DNA of 64,000 nucleotides. It comes from Spirochaetia bacterium (lineage in GTDB: Bacteria > Spirochaetota > Spirochaetia > DSM-2461). A program made the position numbers and the translations under genes. Positions within the stretch are counted from its first letter, which is position 1. The number at the start of each line of letters is the position of its first letter. The notes beneath the pieces are model-generated. The model saw only the letters and a list, made by a program, of their open reading frames with translations, did not search any database and was not told the DNA's origin. Positions 26,266 through 36,291 of the stretch are shown one piece after another. Location of the stretch: NCBI GenBank assembly GCA_963668315.1, contig OY764216.1:544001-608000 (forward strand), written 5' to 3'.

Positions 26266-27858
26266 CTAAACGGCATTACCCAGATGATGATCGGGATGTT
26301 CCGGATTCTCGGAATCCTTCAGTCTCTTGTTCAGAATCAGATAGTGTTCCGAGGGAAGGGATTCCCAGAATTCCCCGGGATAAAGCCAGACCTTATGCCG
26401 TTTCCACCGCCGGGCCTCATGGGGCCCCCGCTGTATCTCCGCATCCCCGTTTACGGGCAGATCGGTGTGACGTACTTTCACCGAGTCGAGGGCCCGGCCG
26501 TCAATCCGGCAGAAGACCTCGGGACCGGTGATTCTCAGACGGAAGTTTTCGGGGTGATTCCCGAAGGGGGTTCCCAGGTACAGCTGGAATTCACTGGCGG
26601 TGAGGGAGTCTATCCACTCCCTGTTCTCCTGGAGAAAATCAATGGTATCGTCCAGGGCCCTGTCATCCGATTCGGGCAGGCCGAAAATCATCAGTGCCAG
26701 ATTGTTGATGCCCGCACGGGAGGAGTCTTTCAGGACACGGGCGACTTCCCGGGGATTCGTTCCCTTGCCCGCCCGGTTCAGCAGCTGCTCATTCCCCGAC
26801 TCTACGCCCCAGCTGATCCACTTGCAGCCCGAACGGGAAAGAAGCGTCAGGATCTCGCCCGTCATATCTCCGCTCGGCCGCCCCATAAAGGTATAGTTAA
26901 TCTTCAGTTTACGGTCCAGGATTTCCCGGGCGAAGGGCTCCAGGAATACTCCGTCCAGATACTGATCGGTCACATAGAAATCGGTTACGCCGTACTCACG
27001 GACACAGCGCTCGATCTGATCGGCCGCCCGGACGGCATCCAGACAGCGGTATCGTCCGAAGGAGAAATTATGCGCACAGAACCGGCATCGTCTCCACTGA
27101 CATCCCCGGGAGAACTGTACGGGGAGCACGGGTCTCGGATTATGATATGATCCGAAGGGCACCCAGGAGAAATCCGGGTCGGGCAGGGAGTCCATGACGG
27201 GCGGGCGCAGCGGCGCCTCGAGAATAACCACATCACCCCGGCGGCTGTACAGTCCGGGAATAAGGGTATCTTCATCCCCGTTCAGAAAGACTTCCAGAGC
27301 CTCTTCCCCTTCGCCGGTGAAAATTCCCTCTATCCATGACGCCTGGTTGAGAAGGTCTTCCGGTTTGACAAGAAGTGTCGCCGCGCCTCCCAGATACAGG
27401 CGGCACGCCCTTCTCTCCCTGATCCATCGGGAAAATCCCAGGGTAAATAGCAGCTGGTCGGGAAAAAGGCAGGAGAACATGATAACGGGGCTGAAGGATT
27501 CAAAGGACCCTTCGAGAAACAGGAAAACCCTTTCCAGTACTTCGTCGGCGGTTCCCCTATCCAGATACCGGGAAATACGGCGCAGAATATCCGAAGAGTC
27601 TCCCTTGAGAGCATCCCCCACAGGCTTGTGCGATTCATAAAATTCGCGATTGAAAACCCCGAGCTGCCCTTTGATAAAGCGAAGATACTCCTCATACTCC
27701 GGCTTCTGCTCTGCCAGATTGTTCCAGTAAAGGATATTCAGGTCGGTAAGAATTAATTTATCCGGGCCGATCTGGCGGTCAATATAACTTTTAAGAAGGG
27801 AAATGCCCAGAGGAATATAGGTGGGAGAACAGGCGGGCGGGAATATAAGAGGTACCAT
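26266..27858 (-). CDS. B12-binding-domain radical SAM protein
   Basis: N-terminal LIFPP..PLGISLLK, LGGA, GEGE; SRGCQWRRCRFC cluster motif; GVESGN, KG, IFGLP. Confidence 0.88.
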   Translation of the reverse strand: MVPLIFPPACSPTYIPLGISLLKSYIDRQIGPDKLILTDLNILYWNNLAEQKPEYEEYLRFIKGQLGVFNREFYESHKPVGDALKGDSSDILRRISRYLDRGTADEVLERVFLFLEGSFESFSPVIMFSCLFPDQLLFTLGFSRWIRERRACRLYLGGAATLLVKPEDLLNQASWIEGIFTGEGEEALEVFLNGDEDTLIPGLYSRRGDVVILEAPLRPPVMDSLPDPDFSWVPFGSYHNPRPVLPVQFSRGCQWRRCRFCAHNFSFGRYRCLDAVRAADQIERCVREYGVTDFYVTDQYLDGVFLEPFAREILDRKLKINYTFMGRPSGDMTGEILTLLSRSGCKWISWGVESGNEQLLNRAGKGTNPREVARVLKDSSRAGINNLALMIFGLPESDDRALDDTIDFLQENREWIDSLTASEFQLYLGTPFGNHPENFRLRITGPEVFCRIDGRALDSVKVRHTDLPVNGDAEIQRGPHEARRWKRHKVWLYPGEFWESLPSEHYLILNKRLKDSENPEHPDHHLGNAV

Positions 27859-28031
27859 ATATATAATTTTCTCCAGATATCTGTTTTATTTTGCTAGAGA
27901 TGAGATACAGCCTTTGGCCTCCCCGTGTCAAGGACTTCCCGCCTATAAAAAGCAGCCCTCGTCTGGCCGCCGCTGAGGAGAGACAGAGATACGAAAGATC
28001 ACGGCGGAATAGCACTTTCTCAAAAAAAGAT

Positions 28032-28060
28032 TTGCGTCCATGAACAGGGATCGTTATACT
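28032..28060 (+). promoter_or_regulatory. Sigma70 promoter
   Basis: TTGCGT-N17-TATACT. Confidence 0.5.
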
Positions 28061-28112
28061 TCTGTTATTGATTCAATATAATAGTGAATTAAAAAATCAG
28101 ATGGGAAGATTT

Positions 28113-28535
28113 ATGAAAAAACAGGCCCTGGCGTCAAAGATTGAAATCCTCATAATCGTATTCCTCAGCATTCTTGTTTTTTTTCTGTCCGGAAGATTTG
28201 ATCTCCTTGAAAAGATCATGCAGTTTGTCCACGCCCACGAGAACTATGAACTGGATGAGCTGATTCCCGTCTTTATCTTTCTTGTGTTCGCGTTCTTCTT
28301 CCTTTTTGTCAAACGGTCGCGAAAACTGATCAAGGCGGACAGGGAGATCAAGCATCTGCAGGGAATAATACCCATCTGCTCCGTCTGCAAAAAAATAAGG
28401 GATGAAGAAGGATTCTGGCAGCAGATAGAATCATATATCAGCAGCCACTCCGATGCGGAGTTTTCCCACGGAATCTGCAACGACTGCGCACAGAAAATGT
28501 ACGGAGAGGAATTCACGAAAAAGCCGGGCCGTTAA
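28113..28535 (+). CDS. Two-TM membrane protein with C-terminal putative zinc-binding domain
   Basis: Two hydrophobic helices, then LQGIIPICSVCKKIRD...FSHGICNDC; start may be 28101 or 28113. Confidence 0.75.
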   Translation: MKKQALASKIEILIIVFLSILVFFLSGRFDLLEKIMQFVHAHENYELDELIPVFIFLVFAFFFLFVKRSRKLIKADREIKHLQGIIPICSVCKKIRDEEGFWQQIESYISSHSDAEFSHGICNDCAQKMYGEEFTKKPGR

Positions 28536-28603
28536 CAGGCATAGCCCCGTTTCCGCCCCTCTCCCGCCGGATATTTTCCACGATTCCCCCTTACTCTTTT
28601 TCC

Positions 28604-29032
28604 ATGAAAGACAGTATTCATCTCACCATAAGCCGAAAAGTCGTAACGGGACTCCTTATTTTTTATGCCATCACCGCCCTGTATCTGCTCTATTTCAGCC
28701 CCTTCTGCGGCCGGGCCCTCCCCCACCGCTCCTTTCAACCTGTTCCTTTTAAAACAATTGTTCAACAGGTAACCATGCCCCGCGGCATCGACCTGATGCT
28801 GGGTAATTTATTGGGTAATATCATCGTTCTTCTCCCCATCGGTTTTTTCCTCGCCCTCCTGGGCTGGACCCCGCCAAAAAGCAGAGCGGTTATGATCTTC
28901 ATGGCGGCGGCCTTCTTCATTGAGCTGCTGCAGTTTCTCTTCTGGGTAGGCTGCATGGACATTGACGATATCTGGATGAACGGGGCCGGGGGACTTCTGG
29001 GCTTCCATTTGGGAAAGGGTCTGCTGAAATAA
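28604..29032 (+). CDS. VanZ family membrane protein
   Basis: PFKTI, GNIIVLLPIG, IELLQ, DIDDIWMN motifs. Confidence 0.85.
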   Translation: MKDSIHLTISRKVVTGLLIFYAITALYLLYFSPFCGRALPHRSFQPVPFKTIVQQVTMPRGIDLMLGNLLGNIIVLLPIGFFLALLGWTPPKSRAVMIFMAAAFFIELLQFLFWVGCMDIDDIWMNGAGGLLGFHLGKGLLK

Positions 29033-29110
29033 CCCCGTATTGCCCTTTTCACGGCAGAAGCTTAACATAGAAGGGTATAATTTATAAGAAATGGGAGTAG
29101 AGGGTAGTTT

Positions 29111-30064
29111 ATGACTGTGAAATTCGGAATAATCGGACTGGGAAATATTGCCAACAGATTCGCCTCGGTACTGGTTCAGGCAAAGGATGTATCATTAGCG
29201 GCCGTGGCCTCCAGAGACATGGGGAGATCAAGGGATTTCGCAGAAAAATACCGGGCCGCTAAATACTACGACAGCTATGACGCTCTTATCGAAGATAAGG
29301 ACGTGAATATCATCTATATCGGGCTGACCCATAACTTCCACTACGACATCGTCAGGAAATGTCTTGAGAAGGGGAAAGCCGTTCTCTGCGAAAAACCGCT
29401 GGTAATAACGGAAAAAGAAGCCGCCGGGCTGGTTGAACTGTCCCGGAGCAAGAAGGTTCTCCTCATGGAAGCTATGTGGACCCGCTGCCTGCCCACGTTC
29501 CAGAAGGCAAAGGCCTGGGTCAAGTCAGGGCGCATCGGTACAATCAGCCTGATCAACGCCAGCTTCTCCTTCAACATTCCCTTCCTGCCCGAACATCGCC
29601 TGTATGATCCCGCCCTGGCGGGAGGCAGCCTCTATGACGCCGGAGTCTATCCCATTGAGTTCGCCATAGGCATAATGGATGAAATCCCCTCGGAAACGAA
29701 GGGAGTCGCCCATATCTGCTCCACCGGCGTTGATGATTTCTACAGCATCGCCATGGGATTTGAAAGCGGAGCCCTGGCCTCTCTGACCTGCGGTTTCAAA
29801 GCCAATACCAACAGAGACGCCGTTATTTACGGAACCGAAGGTCATGTTGTCGTTTACAACTTCCTCGGATCTCCCAAATGCGAATGTTTCGATAAAGAGG
29901 GAAAGCTGGTGGAATCCTTTGAAGCCGACTTCAACGACGGCTTTATCTACGAGATTGAACATGCCGCCCAGCTGTTCAGAGAGGATAAAACGGAGAGCCC
30001 CCTCATCCCCCACCGGGATACACTGGCCTGTGCCAGGATCTTCGATATCCTCAAGAAGAGTTGA
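29111..30064 (+). CDS. Gfo/Idh/MocA family oxidoreductase
   Basis: GIIGLGNIA, VLCEKP, MEAMWTR, GGSLYDAGVY. Confidence 0.92.
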   Translation: MTVKFGIIGLGNIANRFASVLVQAKDVSLAAVASRDMGRSRDFAEKYRAAKYYDSYDALIEDKDVNIIYIGLTHNFHYDIVRKCLEKGKAVLCEKPLVITEKEAAGLVELSRSKKVLLMEAMWTRCLPTFQKAKAWVKSGRIGTISLINASFSFNIPFLPEHRLYDPALAGGSLYDAGVYPIEFAIGIMDEIPSETKGVAHICSTGVDDFYSIAMGFESGALASLTCGFKANTNRDAVIYGTEGHVVVYNFLGSPKCECFDKEGKLVESFEADFNDGFIYEIEHAAQLFREDKTESPLIPHRDTLACARIFDILKKS

Positions 30065-30097
30065 GGGGAGCCCTGTAAAGATTTGCCCGCAGTTGAA

Positions 30098-30817
30098 CTA
30101 CGGCAGCTTGTTTTTCATGATGATTCTGACTTCTTTGGTCTTCACATCAATGTATTTTACCAGCAGGGAGACTTTGTTCTCATCATTGATCAGATTCCAA
30201 TAGAAGTCCAGATTCTCTTCCTGTCCCTGAAGAATAGTGACAATCAAAGGATCCCCCGGAAAGGAAGGCAGGGGACTGCCGTCTTTCTCGTAAGTATGTA
30301 TCATGTGGCCGTATCCGGGGAGGAACCGGGGATAGCGGTAAAAATTCTTGCTGTGCATCCCCTTTATGTTCTTAATGGATTTGAGAATGGACAGGCGGTA
30401 ACCGCCTTCGGCTAAATCCACCAGACCGGTAATCCGGGGCGTACAGTTAGGATCATCCGGCTCATACTCCCTGGATTCCAGGGCATTCTGAAAACTCACC
30501 TGGTTTAAAATCCCGTTATAAACCGTATCCGACTGATCGCCGTTGGCCACGATGTGGGCTCCCTTGTATTCCCGGGTACAGTTGTAAATTATCAGACTGG
30601 GGTCTTCCATTTTCGATTCATCAAAAGCCTCGGTTCTGACATTATCGCCCTGCATGGTGAAAATCCTGTTCCGGCTGTTCTCCGATCTTCCCATGGTCCA
30701 GTATATCTGCGCGATCTGGCTTTCGTCGGGAGTCATTCCGATGATAATTCCCCTGCCGGGATAATCGTTACTCCCCAATACCTTGATGTTTTCCTGTGAA
30801 TACTTTTCTAAATCCAT
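30098..30817 (-). CDS. purO: PurO-like stand-alone IMP cyclohydrolase
   Basis: YPGRGI, MGRSENSRNR, DPSLIIYN, IVANGDQSD, YEPDDPNCTPRI, IHTY. Confidence 0.8.
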   Translation of the reverse strand: MDLEKYSQENIKVLGSNDYPGRGIIIGMTPDESQIAQIYWTMGRSENSRNRIFTMQGDNVRTEAFDESKMEDPSLIIYNCTREYKGAHIVANGDQSDTVYNGILNQVSFQNALESREYEPDDPNCTPRITGLVDLAEGGYRLSILKSIKNIKGMHSKNFYRYPRFLPGYGHMIHTYEKDGSPLPSFPGDPLIVTILQGQEENLDFYWNLINDENKVSLLVKYIDVKTKEVRIIMKNKLP

Positions 30818-30901
30818 GCGACTCGCTCCTATCAATCTGCTTATGATAAAATAGGAGAAATAGACGATTAACTCAAGAGACCGGTACCGTGTCGGGAAAA
30901 T

Positions 30902-31546
30902 CTAAGCTCTCCGCACCGCCCGGGCAGCCTTCTTAGCCTCCAAACGGGCTTTAACGCTCTTCAAAAGCATCATGTTCTCCCTCTCCTGCTCCTCCAGACG
31001 GCTGGATATCAGGCCCAGGGACTCTTCCAGGTCGGGAATGGCGATTTTCTCCAGAGCGTTAACCTTGCGGATTGTCTTCTTCACCTCCCGGGCAAGGCGC
31101 ATGATGGATATCTTCAGCTCCGAAAGATGGCCCATCTCCTTCAGGGCTTCCTGAAACAGCCGGACCCCTTCATCGATATAGGGCGATGTATTAACGGGAG
31201 AGAAGAAGGGGCCTTCTCCGCTGAACTCGGTCTCCACCACAGGGAGGGAGACTCCCATCACCTTCCGCTTATTCAGGCGAATCTCGCTCTCCACATTAAT
31301 CGATTCGGAAAGACTGGTCACCCGCCGCTTTCCCATACGCAGAACCGCCTCTTCCAGATTCCGATAGGCCAGAGCCAGGGCTTCCTCCACCCGGGTCTGA
31401 AACGCTTCGGTCTGATCCACCAGGTTCAGTAGCTCCATCACCAGGATATTCCGTTTCTGATCGAGAAGCTCGTATCCCTGCTTCGCGAATTTCAGCTCGT
31501 CCTTGATTTTGAGAAAATTCGATTTGGTAGGCGCAACCTGGCTCAT
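30902..31546 (-). CDS. ntpD: V/A-type ATPase subunit D
   Basis: PTKSN, GYELLDQKR, KKTIRKVNALEKIAIP, LEEQERE. Confidence 0.93.
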   Translation of the reverse strand: MSQVAPTKSNFLKIKDELKFAKQGYELLDQKRNILVMELLNLVDQTEAFQTRVEEALALAYRNLEEAVLRMGKRRVTSLSESINVESEIRLNKRKVMGVSLPVVETEFSGEGPFFSPVNTSPYIDEGVRLFQEALKEMGHLSELKISIMRLAREVKKTIRKVNALEKIAIPDLEESLGLISSRLEEQERENMMLLKSVKARLEAKKAARAVRRA

Positions 31547-32983
31547 TTAATAAAAGAACTCCTCAATCTCCTCATCGGTAACCCGGTGCAGCTCCTCCGC
31601 CGGCAGCGCCTTGAGCACGGACCAGCCGATATCCAGAGTCTCCTCTATGCTGCGGTTCTCGTCGTGCCTCTGATTCACGAACTCCCGCTCGAACCTTTCG
31701 CCGAACTCCATATACTGCTTATCCAGGGGGGTCAACTCCTCTTCCCCGATTACGCTGGCCAGATTCCGTACGTCCTTCACATAGCTGTAGGCCGCGAAAA
31801 GCTGGCTGGAGAGGTGGGGATGGTCCTTCCTTGTCATGCCCTCTCCTATGCCGTCCTTCATCAGCCTCGAGAGGCTGGGAAGACCCGCCACAGGGGGGTA
31901 GAGGTTCCGGCCGTGCATCTCCCGCTCGAAAACGATCTGCCCCTCCGTGATATACCCGGAAAGGTCGGGGATGGGATGGGAGATGTCATCATTGGGCATG
32001 GTCAGAATGGGAATCTGGGTGATGGAACCGTTCCGTCCCTTGATCATGCCCGCCCGCTCGTAGATCTCGGCCAGGTTGGAGTAGAGGTAGCCGGGATAGC
32101 CCTTGCGGCTGGGGATCTCCCCCCGCAGGGTGCTGATCTCCCTGAGGGACTCGCAGTAGTTGGACATGTCGGTCATGATCACCAGCACATGCATATCGCA
32201 GTCAAAGGCCAGATGCTCGGCCAGGGTCAGGGCGGTTTTCGGGGTGATGATTCTCTCGATGGAGGGATCGTCCGCCAGGGAGAGGAAAAGGGCCACCTTA
32301 TCCAGAACGCCCGACTCCTCGAAGGTGCGGATGAAGAACTGGGCCACGTCGTTCTTGACGCCCATGGCGGCGAATACGATGGCGAAATCCGACTCCTCCC
32401 CCTTGATGCGGGCCTGGCGGGTGATCTGGGCGGCCAGTTCGTTGTGGGGCAGGCCGTTACCCGAAAAGATGGGCAGCTTCTGCCCGCGGATGAGGGTATT
32501 CATCCCGTCGATCACGCTGATGCCGGTCTGAATAAAGTCCCGGGGATAGGAACGGCTCGTAGGATTGATGGGCCGCCCGTTCACATCCTGCTCGGCCGTG
32601 GCCACGGGTACCGGGCCGTCGTCCCGTGGAACACCCAGGCCGTTGAAGACCCGGCCGAGCATCTCCTTTGTCACACCAAGCGTTAGCGGCTCACCCATAA
32701 AACGGGCGCTGGTGCCGGGCAGGTTCAGACCGGCCGTTCCTTCGAAGACCTGCACGCAGACCACTTCGTCGGAGGTGTCCAGAACCATACCCAGGCGCAC
32801 CTTGCCCGCCGGATCGACGCACTCCACCAGTTCCTGATACCCCACGGGGTGGGTGTTTCTGATAAAAACCAGCGGTCCGTCAATCCGATCGACTCCTACA
32901 TATTCCCTTCCGGCCAAAAGCCGTTTTTCATCAATATCCGGGAGTTCGTCTTGTTTGTTGCTTCCAGGCACATTTTTAGTCAT
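31547..32983 (-). CDS. ntpB: V/A-type ATPase subunit B
   Basis: QVFEGT, IQTGIS, RGQKLPIFSG, GYPGYLYS, PNDDISHPIPDLSGYITEGQI. Confidence 0.96.
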   Translation of the reverse strand: MTKNVPGSNKQDELPDIDEKRLLAGREYVGVDRIDGPLVFIRNTHPVGYQELVECVDPAGKVRLGMVLDTSDEVVCVQVFEGTAGLNLPGTSARFMGEPLTLGVTKEMLGRVFNGLGVPRDDGPVPVATAEQDVNGRPINPTSRSYPRDFIQTGISVIDGMNTLIRGQKLPIFSGNGLPHNELAAQITRQARIKGEESDFAIVFAAMGVKNDVAQFFIRTFEESGVLDKVALFLSLADDPSIERIITPKTALTLAEHLAFDCDMHVLVIMTDMSNYCESLREISTLRGEIPSRKGYPGYLYSNLAEIYERAGMIKGRNGSITQIPILTMPNDDISHPIPDLSGYITEGQIVFEREMHGRNLYPPVAGLPSLSRLMKDGIGEGMTRKDHPHLSSQLFAAYSYVKDVRNLASVIGEEELTPLDKQYMEFGERFEREFVNQRHDENRSIEETLDIGWSVLKALPAEELHRVTDEEIEEFFY

Positions 32984-33009
32984 TTTGTGCTCCTTTTAGG
33001 AGAGAATGA

Positions 33010-33033
33010 GCCCCATATATGATTATATGGGGC
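33010..33033. other. Intergenic hairpin between ntpA and ntpB
   Basis: Perfect 10-bp stem gccccatata / tatatggggc, 4-nt loop, no U-tail. Confidence 0.55.
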
Positions 33034-33103
33034 GATTGAACGACGAAGAAGGGGTGCTAAAGGGCAAAAATGGGACGGAATTGAATAAGCAAGACGAACT
33101 CCT

Positions 33104-34888
33104 TTAAGCATACAAATCCTCCAGTTTGGCAAATCCCCGCTCCATTTTTAACATGAGCCGATCGAACTGGTCCGGCTCATCATTGGGGATGGTCAGTTTC
33201 ATCTTGGAGATGTCCTGCAGCACTTTCATTTTGTGTATCTTGGTCAGGGGGACTCCCGCCTTGATGGCTTCGCTGCCCCGGTCATAGTAACCGGTGATCA
33301 CGGCGAGCATGCGGGTCTGCTTCTCCACGGTGCTGTATTTGTCTATGTCGTCAAAGGCGTTCTGCTGGAGAAAGGCGTTCTTGAAGAGGGTACACACTTC
33401 GGTGATGAACCTCTGACTGTCCGGCAGGGCATCGGGGCCTACCAGCTTAATAACCTGCTGCAGCTTCACTTCCTTCTGCAGGAGCTCCATGATCATCCGC
33501 CGGTTCTCCAGGAACTCCTTGCCCGCCTTCTCGGCCCAATAGGGGGCCACGTCATCGGTATATTCGCTGTAGCTCTCCAGCCAGCCGATGGCCGGATAGT
33601 GGCGGGCATTGGCTAGCTGACGGTCCAGGGCCCAGAAGCAGCGGACGAAGCGCTTGGTATGCTGGGTGACCGGCTCGGAGAAATCGCCCCCGGGGGGAGA
33701 AACGGCCCCGATGACCGAAACGGACCCCTCCTCGCCGCAGAGGCAGGTCATGTAGCCGGCCCGTTCGTAGAACTCGGCGATCCGGGTGGGCAGGTAGGCG
33801 GGGAATCCCTCCTCGGCGGGCATCTCCTCCATGCGGCCGGATAGCTCGCGGAGCGCCTCGGCCCAGCGGCTGGTGGAATCGGCCATGATGGCCACGTGCA
33901 GCCCCATGTCCCGGTAGTATTCGGCCAGGGTGATGCCCGTGTAAATGCTCGCCTCCCGGGCGGAGACAGGCATGTTGGACGTATTGGCGATGAGAATGGT
34001 CCTCTCCATCAGGCTCCGGCCCGTGCGGGGATCGATCAGCTCGGGGAACTCGGTGAGCACGTCGGTCATCTCGTTGCCCCGCTCGCCGCATCCGATGTAT
34101 ACGATGATATCCGCGTCGCACCACTTGGCCACGGCGTGCTGGGTCATGGTCTTGCCCGTACCGAAACCGCCGGGAATGGCCACGGTGCCCCCTTTAGCCA
34201 GAGGAAAGAGGGCGTCGATGACCCGCTGGCCCGTGAGCAGAGGGATTTCCAGGGGCTTGCGGTTCTTTACCGGCCGGGGTCGGCGGATGGGCCATTTCTG
34301 GAACATATTCAGGGGGACTTCCCCCTTTTCCGTAGAGAGAACGGCCACCGTCTCCTCCACGGTGTAGGAACCCTCGGGCTTCAGAGAAACAATAACGCCC
34401 TCCATTCCGGGGGGAATGAGGAGCTTATGATTAATCCGCTGGCTCTCCTGAACAGAGGCGAAGACCATGCCACCCTTAACCGGAGTCCCTTCTTTCAACT
34501 CGGGGACAAAGGGCCAGAGTTTTTCCCGGTTCAGACTGGGCCGGCTGATCCCCTTTTCGATATAGATGCCGGAAAGCTTTTCCAGCTCTTCCAGGGGCCG
34601 CTGGATTCCGTCATAGATCGTCCCTATCAGGCCGGGCCCCAGTTCCACAGAAAGGGGGGCTCCCGTTCCGTAAATGTTATGCCCCGGGGCAATGCCCGTG
34701 GTATCCTCATACACCTGGATTATCGCTTCCCCGTTCTCGAGCTTGATAATCTCTCCGGTCAGCCGGGCTTCTCCCACCTGGACCAGCTCCTGCATCAAAG
34801 CGTCGGTTATTCCCTTGGCTTCGATAATAGGGCCGTTGACCCGTTTAACCTGTCCGACAATCCTCGTATCCCTGTTATCCACAATCAC
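33104..34888 (-). CDS. ntpA: V/A-type ATPase subunit A
   Basis: P-loop GGFGTGKT, GCGERGNE, ADSTSRWAEALRE, PPGGDFSEPV. Confidence 0.97.
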   Translation of the reverse strand: MIVDNRDTRIVGQVKRVNGPIIEAKGITDALMQELVQVGEARLTGEIIKLENGEAIIQVYEDTTGIAPGHNIYGTGAPLSVELGPGLIGTIYDGIQRPLEELEKLSGIYIEKGISRPSLNREKLWPFVPELKEGTPVKGGMVFASVQESQRINHKLLIPPGMEGVIVSLKPEGSYTVEETVAVLSTEKGEVPLNMFQKWPIRRPRPVKNRKPLEIPLLTGQRVIDALFPLAKGGTVAIPGGFGTGKTMTQHAVAKWCDADIIVYIGCGERGNEMTDVLTEFPELIDPRTGRSLMERTILIANTSNMPVSAREASIYTGITLAEYYRDMGLHVAIMADSTSRWAEALRELSGRMEEMPAEEGFPAYLPTRIAEFYERAGYMTCLCGEEGSVSVIGAVSPPGGDFSEPVTQHTKRFVRCFWALDRQLANARHYPAIGWLESYSEYTDDVAPYWAEKAGKEFLENRRMIMELLQKEVKLQQVIKLVGPDALPDSQRFITEVCTLFKNAFLQQNAFDDIDKYSTVEKQTRMLAVITGYYDRGSEAIKAGVPLTKIHKMKVLQDISKMKLTIPNDEPDQFDRLMLKMERGFAKLEDLYA

Positions 34889-35523
34889 TCGCCCTCGAAT
34901 AATTCTTCATATATGGCTTTGCGCAGTTCCGACTGCTTCCTCAAAAGGCGCGTATCAATCTGATTATTATACACCAGGCGCCCTCCTTTCTGCTTCGCCA
35001 CCACGCCGGCGCCGATCAGGGGAGCATCGGAAGAGAGGCTGATTCTGACGTCCCGCCCGAACTCTTTCTTAAGCCTTTTCTCCTGTTCCCTGAGCCACTC
35101 GTCCGTCATAATTTCTCTTTCCCGAACTCTTCCGTTCAGTTCCACAGTCTCCACATCCAGCCCCAGGACCCCTTCCAGGACCCAGTCCGCCAGAACAGAG
35201 GAATACTCCTCCGTAGCGGTCATCCCGATAAGCTTCTCCCGGGTGTAATCCAGGGCTTCGGACATGAAGCGGTCGCGCAGCTGCAGCTCCTTGCGCCGGA
35301 TCTCACTGGAGATTTTCTGATCGGAAAGCTTTTCCAGCCTCTTCCGTTCCTCCTCCAGCTGCTTCTCCGCCTCACGCATCAGGGACTCTTCCTGAGCCAG
35401 AGCGGATTTTTTCCGCGATTCGGCTCTTTTTTCGGCCTGGGAGACAAGCTCTTCCGCTTCGGTATGGGCATGGGTGAGTATCTCATCGAGAAATTCCCGG
35501 CTGCCCGTCACTTCCTTCTTCAA
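34885..35523 (-). CDS. ntpE: V/A-type ATPase subunit E
   Basis: Long charged helix then GAGVV...YNNQIDTRL; position between F and A; TTG start. Confidence 0.85.
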   Translation of the reverse strand: MKKEVTGSREFLDEILTHAHTEAEELVSQAEKRAESRKKSALAQEESLMREAEKQLEEERKRLEKLSDQKISSEIRRKELQLRDRFMSEALDYTREKLIGMTATEEYSSVLADWVLEGVLGLDVETVELNGRVREREIMTDEWLREQEKRLKKEFGRDVRISLSSDAPLIGAGVVAKQKGGRLVYNNQIDTRLLRKQSELRKAIYEELFEGE

Positions 35524-35536
35524 ATGCCCTCTCCTC

Positions 35537-35842
35537 CTACAGATTAATACCGATGGCCTGATTCACCATCTCACGCAGAGTGGGCCGGTCAGGCAGGGGT
35601 CCTTCCCTGTCGGGAATTTCCACAATCAGGGGAAAATCGGCATTGAAGATGTAGTTATCCACTTCCTCCCGGATCATCTGCGCCGTTCTTTCGGTCATGA
35701 TGATGATGGCCGTATTACCGTCTTTCAGGCACTCGCGGAAGGCATCATGGGCCTGTTCGGCCGTACGTACCGTCTTCCCCGAAACTCCGGCCAGAGAAAA
35801 GCCGAGAACCGTATCCTCATCACCTATAATGAAGTAGCGCAA
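35537..35842 (-). CDS. ntpF: V/A-type ATPase subunit F
   Basis: IGDEDTVLGFSLAGV, PLIVEIP, AIGI. Confidence 0.93.
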   Translation of the reverse strand: MRYFIIGDEDTVLGFSLAGVSGKTVRTAEQAHDAFRECLKDGNTAIIIMTERTAQMIREEVDNYIFNADFPLIVEIPDREGPLPDRPTLREMVNQAIGINL

Positions 35843-36181
35843 TTACACCTTACCCAGAATGAGGAAGGCGATAACGAAGCCGAAAACGACGATACCTTCC
35901 GCCATGGCAATGAAAAGAAGGGCCTGGTTGCCCACTTCCGGCTTCTCCCCCATGGCGCCCATGGCGGCCGCACCCACGTGGGAAATGGCGAATCCCGCGC
36001 CCAGAGCTCCGAACCCGAAGGCCAGGGCCGCCGCGATATACGCCCAGAAGCTTCCGTCCGATGCCGCTGCGGCATGGGCTGTCTCCTCGGCGAACAGAGG
36101 GGTCCCGGCCAGCAGAAGGAACCCCAGTACGCCTGTCACGCCAACAAAGGCCTTCCTGGAAATACTCACAATGTTTCTCAT
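35843..36181 (-). CDS. ntpK: V/A-type ATPase proteolipid subunit K/c
   Basis: Signal-like N-terminus then one hairpin GAAAMGAMGEKPE...IAMAEGIVVFG; start at ATG 36181 after AGGAG. Confidence 0.9.
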   Translation of the reverse strand: MRNIVSISRKAFVGVTGVLGFLLLAGTPLFAEETAHAAAASDGSFWAYIAAALAFGFGALGAGFAISHVGAAAMGAMGEKPEVGNQALLFIAMAEGIVVFGFVIAFLILGKV

Positions 36182-36291
36182 CCTATCTCTCCTTTCGACT
36201 CTTATATAATGCAAAGTAGAGAATGGAAAATGATCCACTCTCCCCGATTTTCTTCATTCTTCATTCTACTTCCGCTGTCATCTTTCGGCTT

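Noticed and set aside
22593..27858. Possible RiPP cluster (SagB-like oxidase plus B12 radical SAM)
   Set aside because: No YcaO, precursor peptide or exporter; the genes are separated by unrelated enzymes
28604..29032. Glycopeptide resistance (vanZ)
   Set aside because: VanZ-like proteins are widespread and no other van genes are present
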